From: Deinococcales bacterium
GTDB taxonomy: Bacteria; Deinococcota; Deinococci; Deinococcales; JAAFIG01
Reading direction: 5' to 3'
Length of the DNA: 36,582 bases
Assembly (NCBI GenBank): GCA_043730305.1
Contig: JAYTKL010000330.1
Span: 1 to 36,582 of the forward strand
Below are positions 1-8,599 of the stretch, in pieces. The translations under genes and the position numbers were made by a program. The stretch's first letter is position 1; each line of letters starts with the position of its first letter. Below the pieces are notes generated by a model that worked only from the letters and a program-made list of their open reading frames with translations, was not told the DNA's origin and made no database searches.

Positions 1-127
1 TTTGAATGGATTGAAGTTTGGTACAACCGCGAACGTCGGCACTCGAGCCTTAGCTTCTTAGCACCAACGGTGTTTGAGGAGAAATATGACTCTCGGAACT
101 CCAAGTCCACAAACTCTTGACATTTCA
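1..127 (+). mobile_element. IS3-family insertion sequence, 3' end (transposase OrfB C-terminus and right terminal inverted repeat); continues off the left edge
   Basis: Frame 1 reads FEWIEVWYNRERRHSSLSFLAPTVFEEKYDSRNSKSTNS* (stop 118-120), the typical IS3 integrase tail (YNxxRxHSxL...P). It is followed by ...gtccacaaactcttgacatttCA ending at 127, consistent with the IS3 TG...CA end. Confidence 0.85.
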
Positions 128-664
128 CTCTTCCGACATCCAAGGTGGCAACCAATTCTTTGGAGACAAAGAAATCATGGCTGTAGGCTCAGACGCAAGT
201 GGGAGCGTTGATCCCATTAACACACGACTTGCAAACGCATTTGCTTCACCTTCAGCAGCATCTGATTCATGGCTGACAGATTTCAGATTGCTCGTACCAA
301 ATCGTTCATTCTGAACAGTGTGTGCAAGTTCGTGCGCCAGCAATCCTTGCCCGTCTCTCGAGTGTGGTTGGTATTCGTTGTCTCCAAAGATAATATTTTG
401 CCCTATCGTAAAAGCTCGAGCGTCGAGTTTATTTGCCAGGTCTGGCGCTTGTCCGTCGGCAAAAACCCGAATGTTTGCAAAGTCATGGGCAAATTTTGGT
501 TCAATGGTTTCTCGAGCGCTGGTGTCAAGCGGTTGCCCTTGGTTTTGTTGCACAAACTCGAGCGCTTGATTTTCGGGCGTGTTGAAGTGAGCTTGATCAG
601 GCTGTTGTGCTTGTCGGTCAGCGCGTTCTCTTGTTTGCGTCACAGTTTTTCCTCCTTCGGTCAT
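125..664 (-). pseudogene. DUF4157 (eCIS core / Zn-peptidase-like) domain protein, C-terminally truncated by the IS
   Basis: Motifs GQPLD..R..EPKF.HDF..IRV, ARAFTIGQNIIFG, LLAHELAHTVQ and E.EA match DUF4157. Its stop codon (TGA, 125-127) is the terminal bases of the IS end. Confidence 0.8.
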
Positions 665-894
665 TGGTTTCTCGAGTGTGGTTTGTTAAGTTTGATTTCA
701 ATTGCTTTTGTCCGAGGTGTTTTGAAGGCATGTTCGCGTTTGCTCAACTCGCGTTCTTGTGCCAGCACGTCTGCCCATTCCTCGAGCGTGCGTTTTCCGC
801 TCAGGACGAGAGCTACGGGTGCATTAAAGCAAGTACCTTGGCAAAAGAGCTTACGGGCGCGTTGGACGTATTTTTTGTTGTTTTGTTGTTTCAT
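661..894 (-). CDS. Small basic hypothetical protein (~77 aa)
   Basis: ORF fills the gap in a co-directional operon, and its stop overlaps the next start (ATGA at 661-664). No recognisable domain; start codon uncertain. Confidence 0.45.
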   Translation of the reverse strand: MKQQNNKKYVQRARKLFCQGTCFNAPVALVLSGKRTLEEWADVLAQERELSKREHAFKTPRTKAIEIKLNKPHSRNQ

Positions 895-924
895 GGTTGT
901 CACCGTAAAGATTGAGATCAATGT

Positions 925-2541
925 TTAAATTCCGCCAGTTGTTGGGATTGTTTGAAAACTTCCTGTGACCATGTTTTCGATTGATTGTTGTTCTGCGTTA
1001 TCGGTTGCAGATGTGCTGATGCTCCAAGTCACAACGCTGCCTGTTGGGTAGGGTGTGCTTGGTGTAAAGGTGACTTGTGTGCAGTTGACCCAGGTCGAAC
1101 TAAAGAAGGTACAGTTTGCATTCCAGGTGATCGTGCCCGTTTTGATAAATCCGTTGACGCGTACCAGGAAAGCATTTTCGGTCAGGATTTTGTGCATTTG
1201 TTCCGAGAAATGAATAACGACTGGGGCGTTGAGGCTCTCGAATCCAAATTTTCCTGTGGGCGAAAAGCTGATCACTTTTGGTGGGGCGTTCCCAACGCTG
1301 AAGTCAAAGCCATAAGCGGTTTGTAAGTTGTTACCAACAAGATCGGTGGCAGAAATACTTAATGTGATCGTGTAGGTTGTGCGTTCGGTTAAACGCCCGA
1401 TTGGTTGACAACTGGCGCTCGAGGGTGTCGTCCAAGTCCAATTGCAAACAATATTCGGGCTGCTCGAGAAAGCACTTTCGACGCTGGTTTTGTTCATGGC
1501 TTTGGAAAAATTGAGAACGATTGCTGCGTCAAAAGTGGTGGCGAACGTTCCAGGGTCGCTTGGGGCATAGCTAGTCAGGGCAGGTTTGATGGTGTCTTGC
1601 ACGGTCGTAAAGTGCAACAAGAACGGGTTGGCTATTGCTATGTCGCTGGCACTTTTGGCACTCGAGGAAACATTGATGGTGTATTCGGTTAGGAATGCCA
1701 GGTTTGCATTTGGGGTACAAGTTGCGGTTTGGTCACTGTCAGTCCAGACCCAACTGCAAGCGATGCTTGGTGTGCTCGAGAAAGCACTTTCGACACTGGT
1801 TTGGTTCATGGGTTTAGAAAAATGCAAAACGATTTTACTGGCGATAGGAACATCAATGGCGTTACTGGTTGGCGTGCTGGTCAGTGTGGGTGCGGCTGGC
1901 ACGCTCGAGAATTGCAGTGTGGTCGCGCCAGATAAACCGTTGCCTGAAGTGTCTTTCCCGTCAATCACAATCATGTACGCAGTTTGGTTTTGTAAGGTTG
2001 GCGTGACAAAACTCACCACCGTATTTCCGGCGCTCCAGGTGGCTGCGCCCAGGGTTAAATTGCTGCTCGAGGTTGTGACGGTGGCAACGTTCATGGCTTC
2101 AGAAAACGTCAGTTGCACTTGGGTGTTTACGGCGATGTTGCTCGAGTTTTTGGCTGGAACACTTGTGAGCAACCGTGGGGCGGTAATGTCAATGAAGGTT
2201 GGTGTTGCACTGACCATAGTTGTGCTGGGCGAAATGTTGCCCGCGTTGTCAATTGCTTGTAAGCCAAAGTCATAGTTGGTGGCGTTGGTCAAGCCTGTCA
2301 CCGAGAACTCTGTTGCGTCTTTGGGAAGGCTGCTCTGGTTGGTCAGTTGGTTGGCGTGTACTCCCCATTTTAGGATGTAATTTGCCAAGTCAATTTCGGT
2401 GTTGGCATTCCATGAAAGGTTGATTTTCGTGTCGCCAACAGTGGCAGTCAAGCCTTGCGGTGTTGCTGGCGGCGTTGTGTCGGAGGGTGGGTTACAAGCC
2501 ATCAGTGCCAGAATTAAAAAACAAGCCATTACAATTTTCAC
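925..2541 (-). CDS. Lipoprotein with fibronectin type III domain and four bacterial Ig-like (Big_5/SbsA-type) domains
   Basis: Lipobox LMAC; FN3 signature (PATPQGLTATVGD..LSW...GLTNATNY.F.LQAID.AGN); four repeats of I.L.FS..MN..SVE.AF...DxxGN. Confidence 0.85.
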   Translation of the reverse strand: MKIVMACFLILALMACNPPSDTTPPATPQGLTATVGDTKINLSWNANTEIDLANYILKWGVHANQLTNQSSLPKDATEFSVTGLTNATNYDFGLQAIDNAGNISPSTTMVSATPTFIDITAPRLLTSVPAKNSSNIAVNTQVQLTFSEAMNVATVTTSSSNLTLGAATWSAGNTVVSFVTPTLQNQTAYMIVIDGKDTSGNGLSGATTLQFSSVPAAPTLTSTPTSNAIDVPIASKIVLHFSKPMNQTSVESAFSSTPSIACSWVWTDSDQTATCTPNANLAFLTEYTINVSSSAKSASDIAIANPFLLHFTTVQDTIKPALTSYAPSDPGTFATTFDAAIVLNFSKAMNKTSVESAFSSSPNIVCNWTWTTPSSASCQPIGRLTERTTYTITLSISATDLVGNNLQTAYGFDFSVGNAPPKVISFSPTGKFGFESLNAPVVIHFSEQMHKILTENAFLVRVNGFIKTGTITWNANCTFFSSTWVNCTQVTFTPSTPYPTGSVVTWSISTSATDNAEQQSIENMVTGSFQTIPTTGGI

Positions 2542-2554
2542 GATTCACCTCGAG

Positions 2555-5011
2555 TTACGGAACGCAGCTAATATTTTTTAGAATCACGGTGTTCGTACCG
2601 TGGTTGTTCTGTGGGTCGGAAGCAACCAAGGTGATGCGGATGTTGACGCTGTAACCGCTGACTGTACATTCGAGTCCGAGTGCCGAAATCACATTGACTT
2701 TGCCACTGGTATCTGGGGTCAATTTGATGTCTGTTCCAAACGGTGTCAGTTGATCTGAGTTTTGTTTGGCCGCAAACCACTCGAGCGTCACAGGGTCGCC
2801 CTTTGGGTCTTCTGCGCTGCCTGTCAACGTCACAATGCCTGCGCTACCAGGGTTAAAACTTGCTTTTGGACTGCTAATGATGACTTTGTGCGGTGGCGGG
2901 TTGGCTGGGGCTGGCAGCACGTTGACATCCACGAAAGTCAGGTGGCTCAGTCCTTGCGGGTCTGTGGCTTGAATGTTTAAAGTACGCATTCCAACGCTCG
3001 AGAAACTAACATTTGGTTCGCAACCCGTTTTTGGAAAATCATCGGTGGCGAGGCTACTGTTCCAAACAATGCCCGAGCAGGCAAGTTGTTCGTTTGGTTC
3101 GTTGATGTCTGTCGCGGTGACTTGGAAGGGGTAACTGAGGTTTTGATAGATCACCAAAGTATTGTTTGGCGAGCTGACCGAGACCAGTGGTGCGTTGTTG
3201 ATGACTCCAACACTAAAATTTTTGCTGCTGGTCATTCCAGAACTGTCGGTGGCGGTGGCGGTAATGGTTCGTAAACCTTCGGTGGCAAACGCATGGTCGA
3301 GGTTTGCAAAACCACCCGTTGTTGTTCCCAGTAAACCGTCCTTGTTCGATGACCAGGTGATGCCGCAACAGGCTTGACCATCTTCTAAATCTTCGACTCG
3401 GGCTTGCAATTGCGTGTTTCGATTTAAGACCAACGGGCTGGTCAGGCTTGTCAATTCCAAAAGCGGTGGTGTGGCATCAAGGGCGCGTCGGACGGCGGCG
3501 TTGGCGTTAAGGTACTTTTTAACTTTGGGGTCAGAACTGGTGTTGGCGGTCTCGAGTAAAATTTGTTCAACCTGATCGGCACTCAAAGACGGTTTTGCCG
3601 CCCAGATTAACGCCGCCACCCCTGCCGCGAACGGACTCGAGACACTCGTGCCACTGACTTCGTTGGCGGCGTTGGCTGGATTGACTGGGTCGGGTCCGAC
3701 ATAGACTGTAAACGGCGCAAAAATATCAACTTGCTGGTTGCCGTAATTAGAATTGGTGGCACGGTTAACCGAATTTTTGCCAAGACCACCGACGCAGATC
3801 ACGCCAGCGTTTTCGCAGGGGGTGTGCCATACTTTTTCGATACAGTGACCAAGCAAACAGTATTCGCTGTCAACGTCTTTTCCGTCATTGCCAGCCGCCG
3901 CAAAAATCAGTGTTCCTGTTGCCCGTACAATGGCGGTGGCTGCCTCGAACGGGTAGATTGACCATGCCAAATACACTGGTACGGGCGCACCAAAGCTCAT
4001 GTTGATAATTTTTGCCCCACCAATTTCGGCTTGAATCAACGCGCCAATGGCTGTAAAAAAATCGTAAGACGTGTAAACCAAAACCAGATCGGCAACCGGA
4101 CCCGCCGGACCCGCCGCGCCAAAGCCGTTTTCTGGAACGCCTGCGGCTGCCTCGGCAACGTTTGTGCCATGCCAGGGGCATTCAGAACCTCCGCAGGACA
4201 GTAAGTTTTCTGTCCCAATCGGGTTTCTGAGTGGCACGTTGGAACGGGCTTGCCAACCTGTCGGAAAATCGGCGTTGGGTGCAAAGCCCATGTCCAAAAT
4301 CGCAAGTTTGACTTTGTTCTGTAATTTTCCTGCCAACTCGAGCGCCCGCCAAGCTTCGGTGACACCAATGTTTTGTGTGCCGCCCAGTTTCATGTAATCC
4401 CAGTCAAAAGCGCTGTCTGTGTAATTCGCATCTGGACTGGTCGGGGCTTCTTTGGTGTTGTAATCGCGGAAGCTGCTTCCCGAACCAACCCAGTTCATGC
4501 CCACTTTTAAACCTTGCAGCGATTCTCGAGCCGCCACCGCCATTAACTGCTCGCCGTCCAAGCTCGAGACCTGTTGCGTGCCAGTTGCATTTGGTTGCAG
4601 TGCCACCAAATCGCTGCTGAGTTTGCCCGTGTCGGCGCTCGAGACTTTGATTCTGACCAGGTACATGGCTACAAAACCAGGCAATTCTTGGGTTGTGGGG
4701 TTCAAGGTTTTTAAGATTGTGCCTTGCCAACGTGTCACGAAAGCATTTAATTGCGTTTGGTCATTGGTCGAGATGACCAGTTCGTTTTCGACAAAATCGC
4801 TTTGATTGCCCTGATCGTCTTTGAGCCTGGCAATGGGTCGAGGGTCTGTCCCGTTAAGGCTGGGAAGCGGTGCTTGGGTTGGTTTAAGGCTTGTATTGAC
4901 TTGAATGACTGGGGCTGGCACTGGTGGATTCTGGGTGTTTCCATCGCCGCAGGCGATCAGCAGCCCGCTAAGACCAACAACCAAGCAGGCATTTCTGAAC
5001 AGATTTTTCAT
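2555..5011 (-). CDS. S8 (subtilisin-like) serine peptidase lipoprotein with C-terminal Ig/PKD-like domains
   Basis: RBS AAGGAG before MKNLF; lipobox LIAC; catalytic triad motifs AILDMG, WHGTNVA, SGTSVSSP; oxyanion motif AAAGND. Confidence 0.9.
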   Translation of the reverse strand: MKNLFRNACLVVGLSGLLIACGDGNTQNPPVPAPVIQVNTSLKPTQAPLPSLNGTDPRPIARLKDDQGNQSDFVENELVISTNDQTQLNAFVTRWQGTILKTLNPTTQELPGFVAMYLVRIKVSSADTGKLSSDLVALQPNATGTQQVSSLDGEQLMAVAARESLQGLKVGMNWVGSGSSFRDYNTKEAPTSPDANYTDSAFDWDYMKLGGTQNIGVTEAWRALELAGKLQNKVKLAILDMGFAPNADFPTGWQARSNVPLRNPIGTENLLSCGGSECPWHGTNVAEAAAGVPENGFGAAGPAGPVADLVLVYTSYDFFTAIGALIQAEIGGAKIINMSFGAPVPVYLAWSIYPFEAATAIVRATGTLIFAAAGNDGKDVDSEYCLLGHCIEKVWHTPCENAGVICVGGLGKNSVNRATNSNYGNQQVDIFAPFTVYVGPDPVNPANAANEVSGTSVSSPFAAGVAALIWAAKPSLSADQVEQILLETANTSSDPKVKKYLNANAAVRRALDATPPLLELTSLTSPLVLNRNTQLQARVEDLEDGQACCGITWSSNKDGLLGTTTGGFANLDHAFATEGLRTITATATDSSGMTSSKNFSVGVINNAPLVSVSSPNNTLVIYQNLSYPFQVTATDINEPNEQLACSGIVWNSSLATDDFPKTGCEPNVSFSSVGMRTLNIQATDPQGLSHLTFVDVNVLPAPANPPPHKVIISSPKASFNPGSAGIVTLTGSAEDPKGDPVTLEWFAAKQNSDQLTPFGTDIKLTPDTSGKVNVISALGLECTVSGYSVNIRITLVASDPQNNHGTNTVILKNISCVP

Positions 5012-5080
5012 ACGTTCTCCTTTTGGCACGGATTAATCTCGAGGATTCCAAGTGTTTTGATTCAATCATCGGTAATGACC

Positions 5081-5119
5081 TGTCCCAATTCCTAGAGGCA
5101 ATGTCCCAAAATGTCCCAA
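5081..5119. promoter_or_regulatory. Three TGTCCCAA boxes, putative transcription-factor binding sites upstream of the S8 peptidase operon
   Basis: TGTCCCAA at 5081, 5102 and 5112 (spacing 21 and 10 bp, i.e. helical phase). Confidence 0.55.
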
Positions 5120-5178
5120 GCGACTGTCACTATTCGTTTGGGTGACGTCTGAGCTACAGTATTGCCGTGTGTGTTTGT

Positions 5179-5391
5179 TTATTGGCTGGTTTCTGGAATT
5201 GCTTGTACCGCCAATCTCGAGAAGTCCAAACCGCAATTCACGCAAAATCTGACATAGGGCGAAGTGATATTGTGGTTGCACCGCAAGCAACGCTCGAGTA
5301 ACCGTGTTCCGTCGTTGGCACAGTAAAGTTCTTTTGATTGTGTTGGCACTGCACGAAAACACTGTGGGCAAAGTCGGTATTGGATTCGCAC
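5179..5391 (-). CDS. Small double zinc-ribbon protein
   Basis: CPQC...CAND...CLRC...CVNCG cysteine pattern; AGGAGG RBS upstream. Start is either GTG at 5391 or ATG at 5397. Confidence 0.7.
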   Translation of the reverse strand: MRIQYRLCPQCFRAVPTQSKELYCANDGTRLLERCLRCNHNITSPYVRFCVNCGLDFSRLAVQAIPETSQ

Positions 5392-5432
5392 GGACATCTC
5401 CTCCTGCATGGTCGCAAGTATCTTGGGCGTTC

Positions 5433-5451
5433 GGTCATAACTTGGTCATAA
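5433..5451 (-). promoter_or_regulatory. TTATGACC direct repeat, 11-bp period (SARP/OmpR-type operator candidate)
   Basis: ggtcataa at 5433-5440 and 5444-5451, in the divergent intergenic region between the zinc-ribbon gene and the STAND regulator. Confidence 0.5.
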
Positions 5452-5468
5452 GAATTTTGGGTCGCAAC

Positions 5469-8400
5469 ATGAAAATCAGAACGGACACTTTAAAAACTTT
5501 GGCGCTGCGTTTAAATCCTGTCGTTTCTAAGCGATTGGGTGTGGTGTTGTGCGTGCAAGGCGGCGCAGGTTTGGGAAAAACCTGGGTGTTGTCTCAACTC
5601 TTGCCCGAACTCAAATGCCGTTCTCAAACACTTCCCGCCACTGCCAGTACCGCGCAGTGGTTGAGAAGTTTGGTGCGTCCCAAAAAGGTATCTGCCAGCA
5701 GCGAAAAAACCTTGCTTCGAGTTGATGCGGGTGAAATGCTCGAGGATTCACTGGTTTTAAAAGTGTTCTCAGAGTTGCTGCGTGAACTCGCACCGTTTGT
5801 CTTGCATCTCGAGGATGTGCATGATGCCAGTCAGGAGCGTTTGGAATTGCTGGCTGGTTTACAAGCCCTTGTTTTAAAAACAAAAGGAGTGGGGTTGATT
5901 TTGACCAGTCGTCACGAATTGCCTTTCGCAGCAGGGCAGGTTTTACTTGATCCTCTTTCTCGAGAAGAATCGAACGCTTTGCTGCTGAATGAACTTGGCG
6001 CAGAGCTACCGGTTGAAGCGCTTGATTACATTTTTATGCGTGCTCGGGGCAATCCGCTTTTCAGTCTCGAGTTTTTACGGTTTTTAACGCGTTTGGGGTC
6101 ACTGTGGTCGGATGGTAAAATTTGGAATTGGCGTACGCCAACCACGGGTTTTATGCCGGTCACCATCGAAGCCCTGCTCGAGAACTTACTGATGACTGCC
6201 AGTAACGATGTTGCAAGTCGTGCCGTACTGGAGGCATTGGCATTTTTAAAAACCCCGCCAAAAGACTTGTGGCGTTTGGTGGCAGGCTTAACACAAACCG
6301 AATTTGAAGCTGCAATCGGTACACTCGAGGCGCAACAGATTTTGCAAAACGCTGCGTTCGTGCATCCCTTGTATCAAGAGGTGATGGCTGGATTACTGAC
6401 CGACGAGCAAAAACAAAATCGGTCACGGTATTTACTTGGTGCGACAAACCCAGATTTGCGAGCGGCTGCGGTCTTGCTCGAGGAATTAACGGCTTTGGTT
6501 TTAACTGCAAACCTATCAAGCCTTGAAGAGCAACGCTGGCTCGAGCGGGTTTGTTTGGTTGCACAACAATCTGGGCAGCTTCGTTTTGCGAGTCGTTGTA
6601 AGGCGTGGTTGGCAGAACGCAGCGATGCTGATTTGGATTCTTTTTATGTTATCGCCGAAGAGGTTGGCGTTTTTGACCCTACCGAATCCATGCGGCTCAT
6701 GCGGCTGATTTTGGGAAGGCAACCCGATCATTTAAAGGCAGGCACAACCCTGAGCAATCTTTTGTGTGACCGTGACGAATTCATCGAAGCTCAGTTGGTT
6801 CTTGATGCGCTGCCCGAGATATTACATTCAAATCCCATTTGGTTGGGTATGAAAATCGTGTTCTTATGTAAATCTGGTCAATTTCAAGAATTGATTTCTT
6901 TTTATGAAATCCACCCAGAAATTATGACCATACCCGCCAGTTACTACGTGGCTTTTGCGTATTATATTTTAGGACAAGATGATCAAGCTCGAGCCATTGC
7001 CGCGACACGTGCCGAGTATCCAATCGAGAATTTTGAAAAATCGGCGTTGTTCAGTATCGAATCGGGTGTGCTATTACGTCAGGGGCGTTTCCTTGAGGCG
7101 TTGGAATTTGCTGATAAGCACGTCGAGTTGGCTCGGGGTTTGAATGAACCCATTGATTTAGCCACGGCTTTACGGTCACGCTCACAACTTTTTCCACGTT
7201 TGTTGCGTGAGCAAGAAGCTTACGCAGATTTACGCGAAGCCCTCGAGTTGAGTTTAGAAATTGGCGATACCAGAAATGTTTTGGGTTGCCAAGTCAGTTT
7301 GTGTCGTGATTACCTCGATTCCATGCAGTACCAAAAAACTGAGACCTTGTTACTCGAGATTGATGCTTTGCAAAGCCAACTTCCTAAAAACGAAAAACTC
7401 TTTTACACAAAATTAAATTTGAGCGAATTGTATGACAAATGGCAGCCCGCGCACGGCAAGGCATTGGCTCAAAAGTATGTTCGTGCCGCTTTAAGCCTGA
7501 GTGAATCGGTGCAACACAAGCGTTTGCGTTTGCTGGCGCTTTGTCGTGCCGCGATGGTCGAAGCCAGACTAGGGCAAGCGGCACAGGCGCTCAAATACGC
7601 CGAGGAAGCTTGGCAGGTGCTCACAGACCGCAACTCACCGCCCGAAGAGCGTGTTCAATGCCTGCAGGCGCTGGCAAGTGCTTTTGAAGTGAACTTGCAG
7701 CCAAAAATCGCGCTCGAGAAGTTACGCGAAGCCGAAGAATTATCCCAAAAGCATGGTTTTGAACGGTTGCTGCATTCGAGCAAACTCGAGATTGCACGGC
7801 TCGAGCATGACAGCGCGGCTGCCAAACAAGAATTGGCTTGGTTTGAAACCCACGGTACGGCATACATGGCGTACTTAACAAAACACTATTTTCCAGTTCT
7901 CGAGACCCAAATCGAACCCATAACCAGCCTCCAAAGCCCAGACGTTTTTCTGAACGTTCTGGGTTCGGTTCAACTTGTCAAGGACGGTAAAAGCATTTTT
8001 TACCGAGGGCGAAAACGTCTTGATTTTTTGCTGATCTTGCTCGAGGCTCGAATTTCTGGTCAGACTGAAGTCAGCACTTTAGGCTTGATTGATGCCCTGT
8101 ACCCAGACTTGATGGAGATTGAGGGCAAAGCCGCCTTAAAACAATTGGTTTACCAGTTACGCAATGGTCTTGGCTCTAATGTGATTCAAAGCACCGCCAA
8201 GGGTTACATGCTGGGGGGCATTGTCAGCGATGCCGAACAATTTTTGCAAACCAGAGACACCGCGTATTGGCGCGACGTGTACATGGCAGATTTACCAGGT
8301 TTTGAACAATCGAACCTCAGAAACAGGCTGGTCAGTACCGTGCAATCACAACTCGAGATATTGATCGAAACCGACACGCTTGAGACTGCACGCCTTGGAC

Positions 8401-8597
8401 AAATTTTACTTGAAATGGAACCTTATGACCGTGACGTGCTCGAGTTGACCCTACGCGCCTTAAAACAATCTGGGCAATCGACACAAATTGTTTACCAAAA
8501 TGCCAAAGAACGATTTGTTGAATTGGGCGAAAAGCTGCCCAACTCGAGCGATGCTTTTTTAGCGTTGAGTCTTCAAAGTAGGCTGCTCGAGGCATAA
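5469..8597 (+). CDS. STAND-type AAA ATPase / TPR / C-terminal winged-helix-BTAD transcriptional regulator
   Basis: Walker A GGAGLGKT, Walker B LHLEDVH, ARGNPLF motif, central TPR-like helices, and C-terminal LNVLGSVQL...LIDALYP...LKQLVYQLR...GY plus EPYD (SARP wHTH/BTAD). Start moved to ATG 5469 to avoid overlap with the zinc-ribbon gene. Confidence 0.85.
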   Translation: MKIRTDTLKTLALRLNPVVSKRLGVVLCVQGGAGLGKTWVLSQLLPELKCRSQTLPATASTAQWLRSLVRPKKVSASSEKTLLRVDAGEMLEDSLVLKVFSELLRELAPFVLHLEDVHDASQERLELLAGLQALVLKTKGVGLILTSRHELPFAAGQVLLDPLSREESNALLLNELGAELPVEALDYIFMRARGNPLFSLEFLRFLTRLGSLWSDGKIWNWRTPTTGFMPVTIEALLENLLMTASNDVASRAVLEALAFLKTPPKDLWRLVAGLTQTEFEAAIGTLEAQQILQNAAFVHPLYQEVMAGLLTDEQKQNRSRYLLGATNPDLRAAAVLLEELTALVLTANLSSLEEQRWLERVCLVAQQSGQLRFASRCKAWLAERSDADLDSFYVIAEEVGVFDPTESMRLMRLILGRQPDHLKAGTTLSNLLCDRDEFIEAQLVLDALPEILHSNPIWLGMKIVFLCKSGQFQELISFYEIHPEIMTIPASYYVAFAYYILGQDDQARAIAATRAEYPIENFEKSALFSIESGVLLRQGRFLEALEFADKHVELARGLNEPIDLATALRSRSQLFPRLLREQEAYADLREALELSLEIGDTRNVLGCQVSLCRDYLDSMQYQKTETLLLEIDALQSQLPKNEKLFYTKLNLSELYDKWQPAHGKALAQKYVRAALSLSESVQHKRLRLLALCRAAMVEARLGQAAQALKYAEEAWQVLTDRNSPPEERVQCLQALASAFEVNLQPKIALEKLREAEELSQKHGFERLLHSSKLEIARLEHDSAAAKQELAWFETHGTAYMAYLTKHYFPVLETQIEPITSLQSPDVFLNVLGSVQLVKDGKSIFYRGRKRLDFLLILLEARISGQTEVSTLGLIDALYPDLMEIEGKAALKQLVYQLRNGLGSNVIQSTAKGYMLGGIVSDAEQFLQTRDTAYWRDVYMADLPGFEQSNLRNRLVSTVQSQLEILIETDTLETARLGQILLEMEPYDRDVLELTLRALKQSGQSTQIVYQNAKERFVELGEKLPNSSDAFLALSLQSRLLEA

Positions 8598-8599
8598 CC

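Noticed and set aside
1440-1830. Nucleotide repeat tgctcgagaaagcactttcgac...ggttt.gttcatgg at ~1461 and ~1773
   Set aside because: Explained by tandem duplication of Ig-like domains inside the lipoprotein gene.
269-2275. Long plus-strand ORFs (269-928, 1586-2275) and similar antisense ORFs elsewhere (18568-19329, 25015-25665, 27107-27787)
   Set aside because: These are shadow ORFs opposite well-supported genes, with no motifs or RBS.
5469-8597. STAND proteins as Avs-type anti-phage systems
   Set aside because: Both carry SARP wHTH/BTAD transcription-activator domains rather than nuclease or other effector domains, and the adjacent proteases are exported lipoproteins.
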